A DNA stretch of 64,000 nucleotides from Bugula neritina (taxonomy: Eukaryota > Animalia > Bryozoa): positions 7,100,741 through 7,164,740 of the forward strand of contig OZ037768.1 of the NCBI GenBank assembly GCA_964035545.1, read 5' to 3'. A program made the translations under genes and the position numbers. Positions within the stretch are counted from its first letter, which is position 1, and each line of letters starts with the position of its first letter. The notes beneath the pieces were generated by a model. It did no database searches, was not told the origin of the DNA, and saw nothing but the letters and a program-made list of their open reading frames with translations. Of this stretch, positions 61,190-64,000 are shown one piece after another.

Positions 61190-63992
61190 ATGGCTGCTCT
61201 TAAAGGTAAGTCTATACTAATCAAACTCGGCCAATTGACTGTGAATTGCATTATAACAACAACATACCACACTGTCAGCTAACCCGTCTATGTAATTTTG
61301 ACTCTATAGTACTTTTACAATATAAATGAGCAAGTTGAAGAATTGAGGCGTTGATTACTAAGTTTTAGCATTTAATGTGTAGAAGCATCGACTTTCTTGT
61401 AGCATTAGTATTATTGTATACTTGCAATATTTCTGGCAGCCAATTGGTACCAGAAGGTCTTCATGAGTATGTACCATGCAGTACCGGTCAGCTCTGTTGA
61501 GTATACTTTAAAATTTCTCCCTAAGTCCCAATAAGTCATTGCCTGAGCAAAATCATTGTTATGTTATATCATAGCCTTATACATAATTTTATGTCAAGGA
61601 GCTACTGACTGCTGATTAGTTCAAGCAGTACAAGTAAGTTATTATCATGTTAATAAATAAAATACTTTATTTCATTTGAAATTATAATGAACATAAATGC
61701 ACCATTGAAGCATTTTTCAAGTGTTTGATTAGAAAATTTTACACGCAGCATGTTCCCCACTAACTACCTTGAGTTGTCATAAAGATATTAAAGAGCAATA
61801 AACAGAAAACATGTCATACTGTTATGCTTTTTTGATATATATTTTCATATACATTGCATGACCTTATCTCGTAGAGTTCAACTTTGTACAAGGAGAGCAA
61901 CTTGAGGTTTCTCCTGAAATGCTAGAAGCCTGGAGGACAGACGGAGCATTTATTGTGAGGTAGATTGATGATTGTAAACCTTCTTTTACCATCTATAATC
62001 AAATTATTTGTATTTTATTATATTATCATTGTAATAATATATAGCTTCAGTGGTAATTTATTGTGATATTATTTCATTTAATGACTTGCAGTCAGTTACC
62101 AAGATGCAACGAAACTCTCTTGCTGAGCTTACACTGTGAAAGGTGTGCACATCGTTCCATCAGCTTCAAACTGCAGTCTATGGTTTTCAATTTTGTAGAA
62201 ATTTTATTCTAGAAAATGAGATGAAGTTGTTGAGGAAAAACTTAGAGTGTGATGCAATCAGGAGTGCTGCTTACGATGTGAGAGTTATTACATAATAATG
62301 TAGCACCGCGTCTTCTAAGGTTACCATTAGTTTGGAAACTTTTGTAAGCTGAGAATTTACAGCGCTTATTTAATTGTTTAAAGGCTAAAAAGCTAAAAAG
62401 CCCTTGTCATCAGGGATTCTCACAGGAATAAGGGCTTTACCATACTAAAAACCTTTAAAAATTATTTGAAGCATGAAAAGATTGACGGTTTGTAACATGT
62501 AGAGCTTGTAAATATTAGACATATACAAAATTTAATTTCTCAAGTATATATGTATTTTTTGCTTAAAGTTATAGTGGAAGAAAACAGTAAACCACAACAG
62601 ATAGATATGTGGTTGTAGTTTGTGCAACTTACATAATGTCTGTATTATTTTAGTAGCTGGTACCATTTGACTTTCTCATTGTATGAGTGCAGTATATGTT
62701 GTGCAAATAGACTATAAAGAACAGGCATACATAGTTTGAGAATAGCTCACATTGATGCTCTGGTAGATAGATGATGGCACAAAGAACACCAAAAGCAGAC
62801 TTGTTATCTGGAACCAGCCAGGAAATGATGTTTCTGGTATCATTGCAAGAAGTGAGAAGGTGGTTCGAACGACTGAAAAGGTTTGTGGGATGAATTTGGA
62901 TACATTCTTGCGAAATGAAACAAAGCAGTGCTTATCAAAGGCTATATTATATGTATAAAGTCTAAACTTTATGGTACACTTTTAGTAGGTTAAAATTTGT
63001 AAAGGTCATTTATTCTTGGAATTTTTATGCATTGTGTCTTTAAATAGGAAATTATACATGCATGGACAAGTTACAGGTTTTACCAATATTAGATTTTTTC
63101 AAAATCAAACAACCAGTTAGGAGTGTTTTAATGTTAATTTAAACTTTATTATTTCTCTGTTCAATGGCAAAACAGTAAATATTTAAAAAGATTGCAAACA
63201 TAAAAGTTATTGACTTCAACAGTATAATGTATATCCCACACAAATAAATAAAAAAGCCATGTGTATTTCAGTGTGAGATTTTTATGTGAATATTTCTATC
63301 TTAGCACTGTTAATTTTGTGTTAAACCTTTAAAAGGTGTTGAGCTATAAGCCAGCACAGTTTCATGTGAATCTATGTTTGACATCCACCAGCTTCTAGGT
63401 GGGGAAGTGTTCCATTATCACACTAAGCTCATACCCAAACAGCCACGCACTGGCGGAGTATTTCAATGGCACCAGGACTATGGCTACTGGTATAAAAATG
63501 GCAATCTCACTCCAGACATAAATACAGTTTATATTGCTATTGACAGATGTGACACCGAAAATGGATGCATTGAGGTTTGGTTTATCTAAGATTTGTTTCA
63601 TATTTGTACAAGCAAAACATAGGAATGAGTATTGCAAGGTTATGTTTATGGCAGGCTGACATATATATAGATGTAAACTAAAATGAATTACAAAATAATA
63701 TCCGATATAGTTGACCTTATAAATCAATTAGAAAGCATTGGTTAAAACTGTGTAGTTTGTTTCTTCAAATCGCTTATAAACTAATTGTCACCAGTATTGG
63801 CAGTTTGTTTAAAACTTTAAATCAACTGACATGTTTGTGATTCCTAAAAATGTGTGTTGTAGATTATGCCAGGTTCCCACAGGTGTGGCCGTATTGATCA
63901 TGGACCAATAGGAGGCCAGCAAGGGGCAAATCTTGAACGTGTTGAGTTGTTGAAAACTCGATTTTCTACAATTCCAGTTATTTTGAATTCAG
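61190..63992 (+). CDS. PhyH-family dioxygenase, copy 2 (3'-partial, 6 exons in window)
   Basis: Exons 61190-61205, 61875-61959, 62199-62277, 62767-62880, 63392-63574, 63863-63992; sizes 16/85/79/114/183/130 identical to copy 1; WHQDYGYWYKNG motif. Confidence 0.9.
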
Positions 63993-64000
63993 GTAACAAA

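Noticed and set aside
1-64000. Prokaryotic systems (operons, CRISPR, defence islands) or bacterial contamination for the PhyH genes
   Set aside because: All genes, including the PhyH pair, have spliceosomal introns and lie among eukaryotic SINEs and MITEs.

Overview
AT-rich, intron-dense animal genomic DNA, probably an invertebrate; the species cannot be fixed from the sequence. Bases 1-50461 hold the 3' part of a giant titin/twitchin-like Ig/FN3 gene on the + strand. I traced 70 GT-AG exons by hand into one continuous frame of about 8,720 codons (about 42 Ig and 37 FN3 domains). Its core is six copies of a 10-domain super-repeat (Ig-Ig-Ig-FN-FN-FN-Ig-Ig-FN-FN, about 960-970 aa each). This matches neither the vertebrate titin 7/11-domain super-repeats nor the twitchin/projectin FN-FN-Ig pattern. 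No kinase domain is present in the window: a 1089-codon basic, Pro/Arg-rich exon with internal motif repeats follows the last Ig-Ig-FN3, then three FN3 domains and a Ser-rich tail. A two-exon GAPR-1/GLIPR2-like CAP gene is nested antisense in a 2-kb intron that exists in only one of the six super-repeats. The giant gene also shows candidate frame-preserving microexons with downstream TGCATG motifs, a probable intragenic gene-conversion tract and an intron-poor block. Downstream lie two tandem PhyH-family Fe(II)/2OG dioxygenase genes (the second cut by the window end) flanking an unrecognised Glu/Lys-rich gene that ends in a basic segment plus CCCC. Mobile DNA comprises two tRNA-derived SINE copies plus a fragment, a TA-TSD MITE and a hAT-type MITE. 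All exon calls are manual and have no transcript support.
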